From assembly GCA_964016885.1 (NCBI GenBank), contig OZ024740.1, positions 246,264,001-246,328,000 of the forward strand: 64,000 nucleotides of DNA, read 5' to 3'. This DNA is from Eledone cirrhosa (Eukaryota). Positions within the stretch are counted from its first letter, which is position 1. Each line of letters starts with the position of its first letter. A model generated the notes under the pieces. It searched no databases. It was not told the origin of the DNA and was given only the letters and a program-made list of their open reading frames with translations. Below are positions 63,247 through 64,000 of the stretch, piece by piece. A program made the translations under genes and the position numbers.

Positions 63247-63613
63247 TACCTATCTTCCGGCCTTTCTAGAGAATCGTAAAAGCACATATCGTTATATGCT
63301 TTTTCTATGAAAATTAGTAGTGGGCAGACTAATTTGCATAGAGCGTGAGTACATACCGGTTCAGCGGAGACGATAAAAACAAATAACGAAACGAAATTAA
63401 ATTTCGTTTCGTTTGTAACTCACTTTTGTATGACTGACGCTTAAACAATTAAGTTAAAAATGTACATCCACATATGTATACTGAAATACTAGTATGCATA
63501 TGAATACACACACGTGTACATATGTAGATGTACCGAGTTTTTCACTGGACACTTTACTGTATTGGCCCAGGCCATGTCTAACTTAATAGCACCACCTGGC
63601 GAAGTCTTTCAAT

Positions 63614-64000
63614 TCAGGATTTGGGCACCATGGCCCATTCGAGAAGAGAATTACTGTTTGCGGAGACATATCCGGGTGTGGGTGGTTTGTCCGGGATTAC
63701 TTGGAGGAATTTGTCCAAAGACTTCTTGAATTTTGAGTGGTCAGTTTCTGTTTTGACGTGTCCTGGTGTGATGTTGAAGAGAGCAGGGCCGATTGAGGTG
63801 AAATAATTGTGCCGTATTGTTGTTATGAGTTGCGATTTAGATTTTTGAATGGGACGGATAGCACGGGGCCCAAGCCTTGGGTGTATCTTGAAGGCGATGC
63901 CAACATCATTTGGGCAGTGATGATGGAACATTTTCCACATCATGCAGATAATATAACGCTCACGGCGACGTTGGAGTGAGTAAAGTTTCAGGTTTTCCAA
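63614..64000 (-). mobile_element. C-terminal end of a CR1/L2-group LINE ORF2 (runs off the window)
   Basis: LKLYSLQRRRERY..MWK..F...GP.LFN..P..FKKSLDKFL..IPD.P. Confidence 0.75.

Larger units (their letters stand above)
61583..63560 (-). repeat. Tandem array of a 466-bp non-coding HHR-containing monomer (4 full copies + 114 bp); retrozyme-like
   Basis: Copies start at 61583, 62049, 62515, 62981 and 63447; near-identical. Confidence 0.93.

Noticed and set aside
61699-63279. Four identical 60-aa ORFs in the 466-bp array
   Set aside because: GTG start, no recognisable motif, antisense to the ribozyme; a by-product of the repeat
61583-63560. CRISPR array or plain satellite
   Set aside because: No unique spacers, eukaryotic context, and each unit carries an intact ribozyme

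Overview
Eukaryotic, very AT-rich, repeat-saturated window with no recognisable host gene. It is probably an invertebrate; the (TA)n density and the RTE/SINE motifs suggest a cephalopod, which is an inference. Long (TA)n/(TATACA)n microsatellites act as landing pads for at least 13 Penelope-like retroelement (PLE) copies from several families (RT + GIY-YIG; many Naiad-like), several RTE LINEs and a CR1/L2-like LINE end. Reading both strands by eye gives about 30 type I hammerhead ribozyme (HHR) motifs, including compensated U3-A8 core variants and versions with very long stem II. Most lie in PLE 3' ends/pseudo-LTRs. The highlight is a set of non-coding HHR-bearing units: a 4.2-copy head-to-tail array of a highly structured 466-bp monomer with one intact HHR per copy (61583-63560), plus 486-, 595-, 623- and 551-bp 'monomer + partial repeat' units, mostly in (TA)n. 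These look like retrozyme-type/circular-RNA-derived parasites of the local PLE machinery. Also present are a 2.4-kb near-perfect palindrome of a PLE 3' half, a near-intact full-length Naiad-like PLE, 5'-5' fusions of different PLEs, and a candidate HDV-like ribozyme at an RTE 5' end. All structures were folded by eye, not computed.
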